Assembly: GCA_050257335.1 (NCBI GenBank)
Contig: JBLMWR010000089.1
Location: 1 to 31,442, forward strand
DNA from: Deltaproteobacteria bacterium
GTDB lineage: Bacteria > Planctomycetota > Planctomycetia > Planctomycetales > Planctomycetaceae
DNA length: 31,442 nucleotides
Direction of reading: 5' to 3'
This document shows, piece after piece, positions 25,101 to 31,442 of the stretch. The notes under the pieces were generated by a model. That model had not been told where the DNA came from, did not search any database, and saw only the letters and a program-made list of their open reading frames with translations. Positions within the stretch are counted from its first letter, which is position 1. Each line of letters opens with the position of its first letter. The position numbers and the translations under genes are program-made.

Positions 25101-25624
25101 CCCGGAATCCTCAGGAACTGCCGCTCCAGCGTCCAGTCCTGCAGCGACTTCAGGTCGTTGAGCGTGTAAATGTCCTTCCCCAGGGGGTCTTTGGGGCTGT
25201 GCAGAGTGTAGCGGTAGATTTCGCCGATGGGCGAGGCGGGTGAAACGATCGGTTTGACGGTCTTGGGGACGTCGGCCATCGCCAGGCGATTGAGGACTTC
25301 CTGGCGGGCGGCGACGTAGTCGATGCCGTACTCGAACTGGTTCCGCAGATGCGCCAGTCCGAACATCGACCTGCTGCGGGTGTACTTGAGGCCCGGCATC
25401 CCCGCCAGGGCCACTTCCAGCGGAATCGTCACCAGCCGCTCGACCTCTTCGGCCGACGCCCCCGGGTACTGGGCGACGACCTCGACGATCGCCGGCGCCG
25501 GGTCGGGATAGGCCTCGACGTTGACGTGCAGGAAGGCGTACCCGCCGAAGTATGCCAGGCTGGCGACGAGCAGGAGCACGACGACCCGGCTCGCCATGGC
25601 CCATTCCAGAAGTCTTCCTCCCAT
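22130..25624 (-). CDS. Heavy-metal efflux RND permease, CzcA/CusA family, copy 2 (1164 aa)
   Basis: VNVEAYPDPAP, AEEVERLVTIPLE, LLSIGAVDFGIIVDSSVIMVEN, GQIFGPMADT, EFMPELEEG, RIRPVTMTALTAILGLLPA and GSESQRPLA. Confidence 0.96.
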   Translation of the reverse strand: MGGRLLEWAMASRVVVLLLVASLAYFGGYAFLHVNVEAYPDPAPAIVEVVAQYPGASAEEVERLVTIPLEVALAGMPGLKYTRSRSMFGLAHLRNQFEYGIDYVAARQEVLNRLAMADVPKTVKPIVSPASPIGEIYRYTLHSPKDPLGKDIYTLNDLKSLQDWTLERQFLRIPGVAGVVSCGGTVKRYEIQPDPQRLKEYGITLQQLEDAVSASNANAGGNFVVQGASVQVVRGIGLIGGGEDPIVKAMNMPDAATAAAYLRAEDRRRVRQIRQIVITATNSVPIRVEHVVKGGPVRPEEDDLTEGVIVGHQTRQGRIGIIQPLIDRDGEEILDQNNQRVMLDEDDKVQGIILLRKGEKSLPVLEAVHEKVRAFNHEPGRLLPGVYLEPYYNRSTLIDVTTETVRENLLVGVILVTLILLMFLSNVRTALIVAINIPLALLFAFAMLYLRGKSANLLSIGAVDFGIIVDSSVIMVENIYRRLTSGEAVELHVKDRVLRAAKEVERSLFYSTLIMVCALLPLFTMQGPEGQIFGPMADTYAFALAGALLLAFTISPVLCGMLFGNLAPAGDNFIVRAIKQLYMAQLRLFLHYRWATVGAFSVIALSTAFVVPFMGREFMPELEEGNLVIRGTFPVNVSIDEVARNARFVRKRLAGYPEIKLAASQIGRPDDGTDPTGFYELQLFVPLNPRSKWPAPAGKTQAREKFELIEDLDEDLSRHVPGVNWDFSQIIRDNVLESLSGVKGENSVKIIGPDLDELERLAIDFRNTLSQVSGVSDPGIFRIKGQTNLAFPIDRAKCALWGVNVADVEDVISTAVGGMPFTEMLEGERRFDIALRWPEELRKSADDILDIPVDIVKNTVTEGSVSSRPATPFTGASTGLSALGTSLAMPALTGSTFNGAANNLSRVPRRRLGDLVTPRDENGDRSADGSFVKPGAATISREQGERLIAVKFGVRGRDLASTVKESQARTSPLLKTPYRSTWSGEFQQMQEAERRMLLVASLALVLIMVMLYLAFYSLLDAFLVLANVVAMSLGGLWTLLLAGLHFNVSAAVGFISILGVAVMEGMILVSSFNSLRAVRVPVFEAIVKGTERRIRPVTMTALTAILGLLPAAFSTKIGSESQRPLAIVVVGGMIGTLLFFNLVPVLYSFYGHREPHAGTGHLSH

Positions 25625-25672
25625 GCCGCACCCAGTCTCGGCTCGACGATGAGCCGCGCTTCATTCGCGCCG

Positions 25673-27154
25673 TTATTTCTGCACGGCGTCGAAATGTTCG
25701 TTTGCTTTCGGCTCCGCCGCCTTCGATTCCGCTTCCGCCTTTGCCTGCGATTGCAGGTAGGTCAGCTCGGCGGCCAGTTGCAGGCCACCGGCGGTCACGA
25801 CCCAATCACCCACCTCGAGCGGTTCGACGTCGGATCCGCCTGCTGACCTGTGCGCACGGGAACGGCACGAGAGCGACACCACGTCGTCGCGTCGCCGCAC
25901 CGGAAAGACCTTGCGCCGTGTAAATTTCCGCGGGTCAGACTTCGATCGCACGAACACGAACGTCTGGCCGTCCTGATCGATGAGGGCCGAGACGGGAATG
26001 GACACTTCGTCCGGAGGAGTCGGCAGATTGATCCAGGCGGTGATGAATTGGCCCACCCGCAGCCGCCCCCGCGAATTGTCGACCCACCCCCGGACCAGCC
26101 CCGTGTGCTGCGTCGGATCGATGATTGGCAGAACCCGATCGAAGCTCCCCTTCAGGGGCTCTTCGTCGGGATCGGCCTTGAGGTGAATCGTCCAGTCGCG
26201 GAGGTTCGGCGGAATGCGCTCGAGGACCGGCATTTCTTCTTCGTAGGCGTGCGCCATGACGTCCATGCGGCTCAGATCGGCGATTTTGAACAGATCGAGA
26301 TCGCTGGTCACGTAGTCGCCGAGGGCGACGTTCATTTCCATGATCGTGCCATCGACAAACGCCCGAACTTCGACACGTGCCCAGGTCTCGCTCAACTTGA
26401 CGTCGCGGCCTGCGCCCCGGTCGCGGACCCTTTCCGCCTCGGCGCGAAGCGCCGCGATTTCTGACTTGGGAACCTGCCACGAGAGGAGGGTATCTTCGGC
26501 CTTTTCGACGGCGATGATGTCGGCTTGAACGAGGCGGCTCTGTTCGCTCACCTTCGCCTCGCTGATGCTCCCATTCTTCAGCCCAGCCTCGAGGTTTTTC
26601 AGCCGCTCCTGGTCGATCCGCAGGCGGGCGATTCCGTCAACCAGCTCGCTCTTCTTTTCGCCGAGATCCTTGCTCCAGACGACCGCCAGCAGTTGCCCCT
26701 TGCGGACAAAGTCGCCGTACTGCAGGCGCTCGGCGGCCCGCGCCCGGACGGACGACGAATCGGCTCCCTGGGCTGCGGCCAGCGGGGATTCGACCCCGCC
26801 CACCTCCATCACGTCGCCCGGAAATCGCGAACGGACGTGCGTCATGCTGTTGGAGAGCAGATACAGCTCGCCGTCGAGCTTGAGCGGTTCGGGAGCGACC
26901 GCCGACTGCACCTGCGCCAGCGTCAGTCCCAGCGACTTCTGCACGTCGCCGGGAACAATCAGCGTGTCGGCCTGGTCTTCCGCCAGTTCCTCCAGCTTTT
27001 CGGCCTGAACCAGTGCGGCGTGCTTCGTTCCCGCGCTCTGGCGGTCCTCCAGCCACTGCTGGACCCTGGGGACGATCTTGAGCGGAACCAGGACCACCAT
27101 TACAAAGATGGCGGCGGTCGACACGCCTTTCAATAAGGGTTTGGCAAAACGCAT
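25673..27154 (-). CDS. RND periplasmic adaptor (MFP), CzcB-like (493 aa)
   Basis: N-terminal TM, GDFVRKGQLLA lipoyl half, VDGTIMEMNVALGDYV, LFKIADLS, IDPTQHTGLVR and LRVGQFI. GGAG SD. Confidence 0.92.
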   Translation of the reverse strand: MRFAKPLLKGVSTAAIFVMVVLVPLKIVPRVQQWLEDRQSAGTKHAALVQAEKLEELAEDQADTLIVPGDVQKSLGLTLAQVQSAVAPEPLKLDGELYLLSNSMTHVRSRFPGDVMEVGGVESPLAAAQGADSSSVRARAAERLQYGDFVRKGQLLAVVWSKDLGEKKSELVDGIARLRIDQERLKNLEAGLKNGSISEAKVSEQSRLVQADIIAVEKAEDTLLSWQVPKSEIAALRAEAERVRDRGAGRDVKLSETWARVEVRAFVDGTIMEMNVALGDYVTSDLDLFKIADLSRMDVMAHAYEEEMPVLERIPPNLRDWTIHLKADPDEEPLKGSFDRVLPIIDPTQHTGLVRGWVDNSRGRLRVGQFITAWINLPTPPDEVSIPVSALIDQDGQTFVFVRSKSDPRKFTRRKVFPVRRRDDVVSLSCRSRAHRSAGGSDVEPLEVGDWVVTAGGLQLAAELTYLQSQAKAEAESKAAEPKANEHFDAVQK

Positions 27155-27179
27155 ACGCCGGTCTCCGGGCGCCGGAAGA

Positions 27180-27216
27180 ATACTTTAAGTATGGCAGCCG
27201 CAACCAACCAAGTCAA
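27180..27216 (-). promoter_or_regulatory. Sigma-70-type promoter TTGACT-N17-CATACT with an overlapping palindrome ATACTT-T-AAGTAT
   Basis: -35 at 27216-27211 and -10 at 27193-27188. Perfect 6-bp inverted repeat at 27180-27192 over the -10/start region. Confidence 0.6.
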
Positions 27217-27252
27217 TTTCCGGAAGCGCGCTTGCCAGCGTAACTTGCGTCA

Positions 27253-27270
27253 GGTTACCGATTTGTAACC
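27253..27270. promoter_or_regulatory. Inverted repeat GGTTAC-N6-GTAACC upstream of the MFP2-RND2 promoter
   Basis: Perfect 6-bp arms, about 37 nt upstream of the -35. Confidence 0.5.
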
Positions 27271-27297
27271 CGGCCAGCGGGTTTCGCGGGCAAACGT

Positions 27298-27356
27298 CCT
27301 GCGCGGACGGCCCTTTCAGGCCGGCGCTGTCGGGCCGGAAAGGTCCGCCGCGCAGG
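27298..27356. other. Long imperfect hairpin downstream of the TolC gene
   Basis: CCTGCGCGG/CCGCGCAGG (9 bp) plus CGGCCCTTTC/GAAAGGTCCG. No clear U-tract. Confidence 0.45.
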
Positions 27357-27399
27357 AATCATCTGGGTTGAGGGAGGCACGCACCGGGTCGGCCGGACG

Positions 27400-29250
27400 T
27401 CATTCGTCTGACGGAAGCTCAAGAGACTCGGCTTCGTGCGCGTCTTCAACAGGGGCGACTGCACCCTTGCCGCTGGGCGTCTCGGTCTTCGGAACGCCCC
27501 GGATCCCCGAGAAGAGGCTGGTGACGTCATTCCCGTCGTCGGGCCCATCGACGGGTTCCGGATTCGAGCCTTTCTCCTTGAGCTTGAGCTGCAGCTCCCT
27601 GAGACTCTCGACTTGCAGCAGGGCGGCGATGTCTGCGAAAGCGTTCCACTGGTCCGACAGGGCCGAAATGTACTGGCTGACCGCGTTCAACATGTTCTGC
27701 TGAGCCACGACTACGTCGGCGAAGCCCACCACGTCCGGCTCCTGGATGTGTCTCTGGTACGTTCCCCGGTAGGTCCGCACCACGTCCGGCAGGATATGGT
27801 CGCGCTGGTAACCCACGAGGACCCGGCTGGTCTCGAAGCGTTCAAAGGCGTCGGCGAGCCGCGTGCGCAGGTCGTTCTCGACCCGGGTGACTTCCTGCGT
27901 CGCCCGCACGAGCGAGGCCCGCGCCGCGAGGATGTTTCCCTTGTTGCGATCGAAAATCGGGAGCGGCACGCCGAGCTGCATATTGTAGGTGGTCCGGGGA
28001 AGTGCGGGGGTGGTGAAGTCGCGCTGCAGGGTCAGGTAGGCGTTGATATCGGGGATCGGGGTGATTTCGGCCAGCCGCAAGACGAGGCGCGCCTTGAGCG
28101 GTCCGTTGCGCGCCGCGCGAACTTCGGTGTTTGTGCTCAAAACATGGGTGACTGCCGCGTCGTAATCCTCCACGGGGACAGGCATGTCGGGATGATCGAC
28201 CAGATCGGCGACCGGCATGTTCGGCGAATTCAGCGTGGCGGTCATTTGCTGCCACGCGGAGGTATAACGATTGCGGGCCGCGGCGAGCGCTGCGCGGGCC
28301 TGGTTGGCGAACGCCCGGAGCGCCGGGGGCTCATAGGCGGCCGCCTGGCCTTCCGAGACCTGGTCGACCTGGACGCGGTACAGTTCATGCGTAAAGGGGA
28401 CAATGGCCTCGTTGATCTTGACCGATTCGCGGGCGATGAGCAGGGCGAAATACTGCCGTCGCACCTGCGTCAACAGCTCGATCCGCGCCTGCCGCAGCGC
28501 CAATTGGGCATTCATCAGATCGACGTTCTCGATGGCCTGAGAAACCTGCAGTTTACCCGCCGTCTTGATCAATTGCGTGAAGAACACCCCCTGGTAGTTG
28601 CGCGTTCCGGCGGAGCCGACAGTGTCCGCTTCGTACCCGATGAGGGGATTGGGATGCGTTCCCGCCTGAATCGCCTCCCCGGCCTGTGCCGCGACATCCG
28701 CCTGGTACTGGGCGATCACCGGGCTGTTGGCCAGGGCCATCTGCTCGAATTCATCGAGCGTCATCGTGACGCGCGGGGCCGGGGACGGCCCCAGATCGAG
28801 AGCGGGCGGTTTGGAAAGCTCGGGATAGAGCTTTTTCATGGCGGCGGCGTGCTCGGCCTTATTCTCGTCCGTCCGTTTCGGCGGTCGCAGCGTCGGTGCA
28901 TCGGCCCCGGGGAGCGCCTTCGGGACCCGGACCCGTTCTTCCAGCGCCTGCCCGCCGGAATTCTCGGGGCGTTCGTCCGAGCCCTGCGCGGACGTCCCGG
29001 ATTCCTCTTCGGCACTTGCCAGAATGATGTCCGAGGAACTGTTCCGGGCGGATCCGGGACGGACCGGGACTTGTGCGGGGGGAACGCGAACAATGTCAGG
29101 AGGCAGAGGCACGGCTTGGACTTCTGCTCCCGGATTTTTGATCGCCTGCAGTTCCCCGCGGTCCGCAGCGCAGCCTGCCGCGATCATCAGCGCCAGGGCT
29201 GGCGCCAACATGCGAAGCTGGACGGCGGAATTCGGTTTCACGGGAAACAT
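27400..29250 (-). CDS. TolC/CzcC-family outer-membrane efflux protein, probable lipoprotein (616 aa)
   Basis: Lipobox ALMIAAGC, a Pro/Ser/Glu-rich linker, then MTLDEFEQMALANSP, AGTHPNP, IKTAGK and LGVPLPIFDRNKGNI. The true start may be Met14. Confidence 0.9.
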   Translation of the reverse strand: MFPVKPNSAVQLRMLAPALALMIAAGCAADRGELQAIKNPGAEVQAVPLPPDIVRVPPAQVPVRPGSARNSSSDIILASAEEESGTSAQGSDERPENSGGQALEERVRVPKALPGADAPTLRPPKRTDENKAEHAAAMKKLYPELSKPPALDLGPSPAPRVTMTLDEFEQMALANSPVIAQYQADVAAQAGEAIQAGTHPNPLIGYEADTVGSAGTRNYQGVFFTQLIKTAGKLQVSQAIENVDLMNAQLALRQARIELLTQVRRQYFALLIARESVKINEAIVPFTHELYRVQVDQVSEGQAAAYEPPALRAFANQARAALAAARNRYTSAWQQMTATLNSPNMPVADLVDHPDMPVPVEDYDAAVTHVLSTNTEVRAARNGPLKARLVLRLAEITPIPDINAYLTLQRDFTTPALPRTTYNMQLGVPLPIFDRNKGNILAARASLVRATQEVTRVENDLRTRLADAFERFETSRVLVGYQRDHILPDVVRTYRGTYQRHIQEPDVVGFADVVVAQQNMLNAVSQYISALSDQWNAFADIAALLQVESLRELQLKLKEKGSNPEPVDGPDDGNDVTSLFSGIRGVPKTETPSGKGAVAPVEDAHEAESLELPSDE

Positions 29251-29264
29251 GCGCGATTAAAACT

Positions 29265-30779
29265 TCAGTAGGAAAGGCTTACGTTGGCCCAGATCTGATA
29301 TCTCTGCTGGAGCTGAGGACCGAAGAGTGACTGATAAGCGGGGATGCCCCCTTCCACCCCCAGCCGCTGCCCCCGCAGCGCGCCGCTGGGAACGACGTAA
29401 TTGAGACCAAACAGGACGTTCAAGAGTCGGCCTCCCTGAAGATCGGGGCGATTCGTTGGAACGAGATTGGGATTTAGGCGGTGGTCGGCGCCGACGATGT
29501 TTCCCCAGAGCACGCCATTGAGGCGGACGGAACCGCTGAGCGAGTCGGTCAGTTTGCGGGAAAGCCAGGCGTTCAAAGTCAGGTCGTCCCCGAGCCGATA
29601 GTCGTACCGGTTCTTCCCGAACCGCTTCGTTCCCAGGATCTGCGCTCCCCATGTCCAGTAATCCGATTGGCCGCGATAGGTGGCCCCCGGCAGGAAATCC
29701 CAGGTGCCGTCGCTGGTCCGCATGGGATACGTCAAATTCGGCGACGTGGGGGTCGGGAACTGCCCCTGCTGATCGAAAATACCGTTCGGCGTTCGCAGAC
29801 CAAGATTGAGGTGAATCTGCTGCCGGTCCCCCCGGTAGAGGACGTACATCGTGTTGAACTGCAGGTCGTACAGGTCGGTGACGTCCGTGACAAAGTGCTG
29901 TCCGGCCTGGCTGACGTATTGAATCCTGCGCTGGATAACGGGGAGAATGAACTGGAACGTGAAATCGTCGGTCGGACCGAACTCGCCCACGAAATAATGC
30001 GTGAGCGCGGTTTCGTGCGTGGGAGCCAGCGCAAAGGAGTTGAACACGCTCGCATTGCTCACGGAACCGGTGCCGCTGAGGAGCCCGTCGTACGAGGTAT
30101 TATTGAACCGGTATGACAGCAGGACCCGTCCCCCGGTGTTCAAGGTGTGGTCGCCGAACACCCCGGCGGGGGCCATCCCGTCCGGGCGCATGAGATCAAT
30201 CGGCGGCGGGCACGTCGCCTCTTCGTAGATCAGGTCGTCTTCGCTGGCGACAACCCGCTCGAACTCCTGGTCGTCCAGGGTCTGCAGGATGCCGTGCGCC
30301 GGGCGAACGAGGTCGTATTGTCCGGCGGGGGCGAAGATCGGCTGCCTCGACGGATCGCTCGCCGGCGTCCACGTCGGCCAGATCGGGTCCGGCGGATACT
30401 CCGGATACGGGGTGCTCTCTTCCGCGGTTTTTGGCGGGTGTTTTTGTTTATTCTCGTCATCGGAATCCGCGTCCCCTGCATCGATCGTCCCTGCGGCCGG
30501 CATGATCTGGTCTGCCGCCGGAATCGCACTTTTGAAGGGGCTGACCAGAGTGCGGGCTGTTTTTGGCGAGAGCGGCGAGCGAGGAACCTGATCCTGACCG
30601 ATTCCCCACCCGCCTGTTGCGAACAGGACGGCCAGGGGGATCACCCATCGGATTTGTCTGAGCGCGCCTGCGGCGCAGCCTCGCCCCGTCCCGGCGGGAG
30701 CCGGTCTGCATCGAACGAGATAGAGACGGCGATGCATGGGCGCGGTCGGTTCCCGAAACAGAATGGAATTGTCTGGCAC
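29265..30779 (-). CDS. Putative outer-membrane beta-barrel ('transporter', MetA-pathway/phenol-degradation-like fold), up to 504 aa
   Basis: Hydrophobic signal-like segment, acidic Pro-rich linker, RPDGMAPAGVFGDH motif, alternating beta-strand pattern and aromatic C-terminus (WANVSLSY). Stop is 14 nt before the TolC start. Start uncertain (GTG 30779 or ATG 30737). Confidence 0.7.
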   Translation of the reverse strand: MPDNSILFREPTAPMHRRLYLVRCRPAPAGTGRGCAAGALRQIRWVIPLAVLFATGGWGIGQDQVPRSPLSPKTARTLVSPFKSAIPAADQIMPAAGTIDAGDADSDDENKQKHPPKTAEESTPYPEYPPDPIWPTWTPASDPSRQPIFAPAGQYDLVRPAHGILQTLDDQEFERVVASEDDLIYEEATCPPPIDLMRPDGMAPAGVFGDHTLNTGGRVLLSYRFNNTSYDGLLSGTGSVSNASVFNSFALAPTHETALTHYFVGEFGPTDDFTFQFILPVIQRRIQYVSQAGQHFVTDVTDLYDLQFNTMYVLYRGDRQQIHLNLGLRTPNGIFDQQGQFPTPTSPNLTYPMRTSDGTWDFLPGATYRGQSDYWTWGAQILGTKRFGKNRYDYRLGDDLTLNAWLSRKLTDSLSGSVRLNGVLWGNIVGADHRLNPNLVPTNRPDLQGGRLLNVLFGLNYVVPSGALRGQRLGVEGGIPAYQSLFGPQLQQRYQIWANVSLSY

Positions 30780-31074
30780 CTGCCGCAGGCCTGTCTGACC
30801 CTGACGAGCGTAACGACAGCGCAGAATACGTTGAATTTATCGGCCGGATGCGTCTTGCCGCTTGAACGGGTCCGGGAAGACAGGCTGACTTTTCAGCCCA
30901 TGCGGACTGCGCATCATCTAAGATGGGATGTATGGGAGAAATGTGGCGTGTCCCCCGCCGCCTTGGGACCGCCGGCACCACGTATATTCTTCGCGTGATG
31001 CATGATGTTGTGCGTGCATTGGACTTTGGGAGCGGTCGGTGTGGCCAATGTCTCGTCCGTCGATCGAGCCGATA

Positions 31075-31103
31075 TTGACCCCCGCGCGTTCCAGAGTTAC
31101 AAC
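31075..31103 (+). promoter_or_regulatory. Possible sigma-70 promoter TTGACC-N17-TACAAC
   Basis: 5/6 -35 and 4/6 -10, 33 nt upstream of ATG 31137. Confidence 0.4.
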
Positions 31104-31136
31104 GGATTCTGAAGAACAATCCGGAGCGATCCCATC

Positions 31137-31442
31137 ATGGCGAAACGGCTGCTGACTCTGGTCCTCGTGGCGGCGCAAAGTGTGTCGTGGGGCGCGCTGC
31201 CGGTGTACCTTTGCGTCGCCAAAGACGGTTCGGTCTGCGTCGACCTGGGGCGCGAAAGTTGCAACTGTTGCGACGAGAACTGTTGCAATGAGTCGGATGA
31301 GCACGATTCGCATTCCGTCTGCGATCGCTCCGCTGGCCGCGATCATGACGAGTACGCAGCCGGTGTCGATGTTCACGACGCTCCGGCCTTCTCCGATGCC
31401 TGCGGTTGCACCCATTATCGAATCGTGCATCCGCGGGGACCG
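31137..31442 (+). CDS. Cys/His-rich exported protein, N-terminal 102 aa (runs off the window)
   Basis: Not in the ORF track (no stop). GGAG SD. MAKRLLTLVLVAAQSVSWGALPVYLCVAKDGSVCVDLGRESCNCCDENCCNESDEHDSHSVCDRSAGRDHDEYAAGVDVHDAPAFSDACGCTHYRIVHPRGP: signal-like N-terminus, 10 Cys, 6 His. Confidence 0.75.
   Translation, partial: MAKRLLTLVLVAAQSVSWGALPVYLCVAKDGSVCVDLGRESCNCCDENCCNESDEHDSHSVCDRSAGRDHDEYAAGVDVHDAPAFSDACGCTHYRIVHPRGP

Noticed and set aside
14918-29271. Long opposite-strand ORFs such as 14918..16579, 21420..22682, 23852..25243 and 27436..29271
   Set aside because: Fully overlap well-supported transporter genes and lack domain motifs.
29281-29325. CGTTGGCCCAG, like the 5' end of the glutamine (glnA) riboswitch
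   Set aside because: It is the antisense of the codons WANV at the end of the barrel gene, and the rest of the consensus is missing.
30918-31430. Minus-strand 170-aa ORF
   Set aside because: Mostly antisense to the SD-bearing Cys/His-rich ORF starting at 31137.
1-31442. CRISPR array, tRNA/rRNA genes, transposase or integrase
   Set aside because: No regularly spaced repeat-spacer units, cloverleaf/rRNA signatures or recombinase motifs were seen.

Overview
High-GC bacterial DNA, probably Planctomycetota (inferred from the long KdpC, the HpnN-like MMPL transporter and the intergenic repeat families). Left part (1-14.5 kb): a partial GH15 glycosidase, a P-II (GlnB/GlnK) gene remnant and a kdp potassium-pump operon on the minus strand (small ORF, kdpF, kdpA, kdpB, kdpC). 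On the plus strand, diverging from it, lie a PAS-GGDEF gene, a sigma-54 (NtrC/AlgB-like) response regulator, a KinB-like histidine kinase and a stand-alone KdpD N-terminal/Usp protein. There is no kdpE and no full-length kdpD in the window. The kdp operon has a GG-N10-GC sigma-54 promoter with two TGCA-N3-TGCA palindromes at enhancer distance, and the motif recurs before the GGDEF gene and before the regulator gene. The 1-kb divergent interval also holds three related leader+terminator elements that look like riboswitches/attenuators or sRNAs. Right part (14.8-31.4 kb): an HpnN-like MMPL transporter, two head-on CzcBA-like heavy-metal RND modules with only one TolC gene, a putative outer-membrane barrel and the start of a Cys/His-rich exported protein. 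Best candidate for an undescribed system: sigma-54-dependent, three-component (split KdpD + KinB/AlgB-like pair) control of Kdp, with a candidate new cis-regulatory RNA family and a c-di-GMP gene in the same interval. All calls come from reading motifs by eye; no database search was run.
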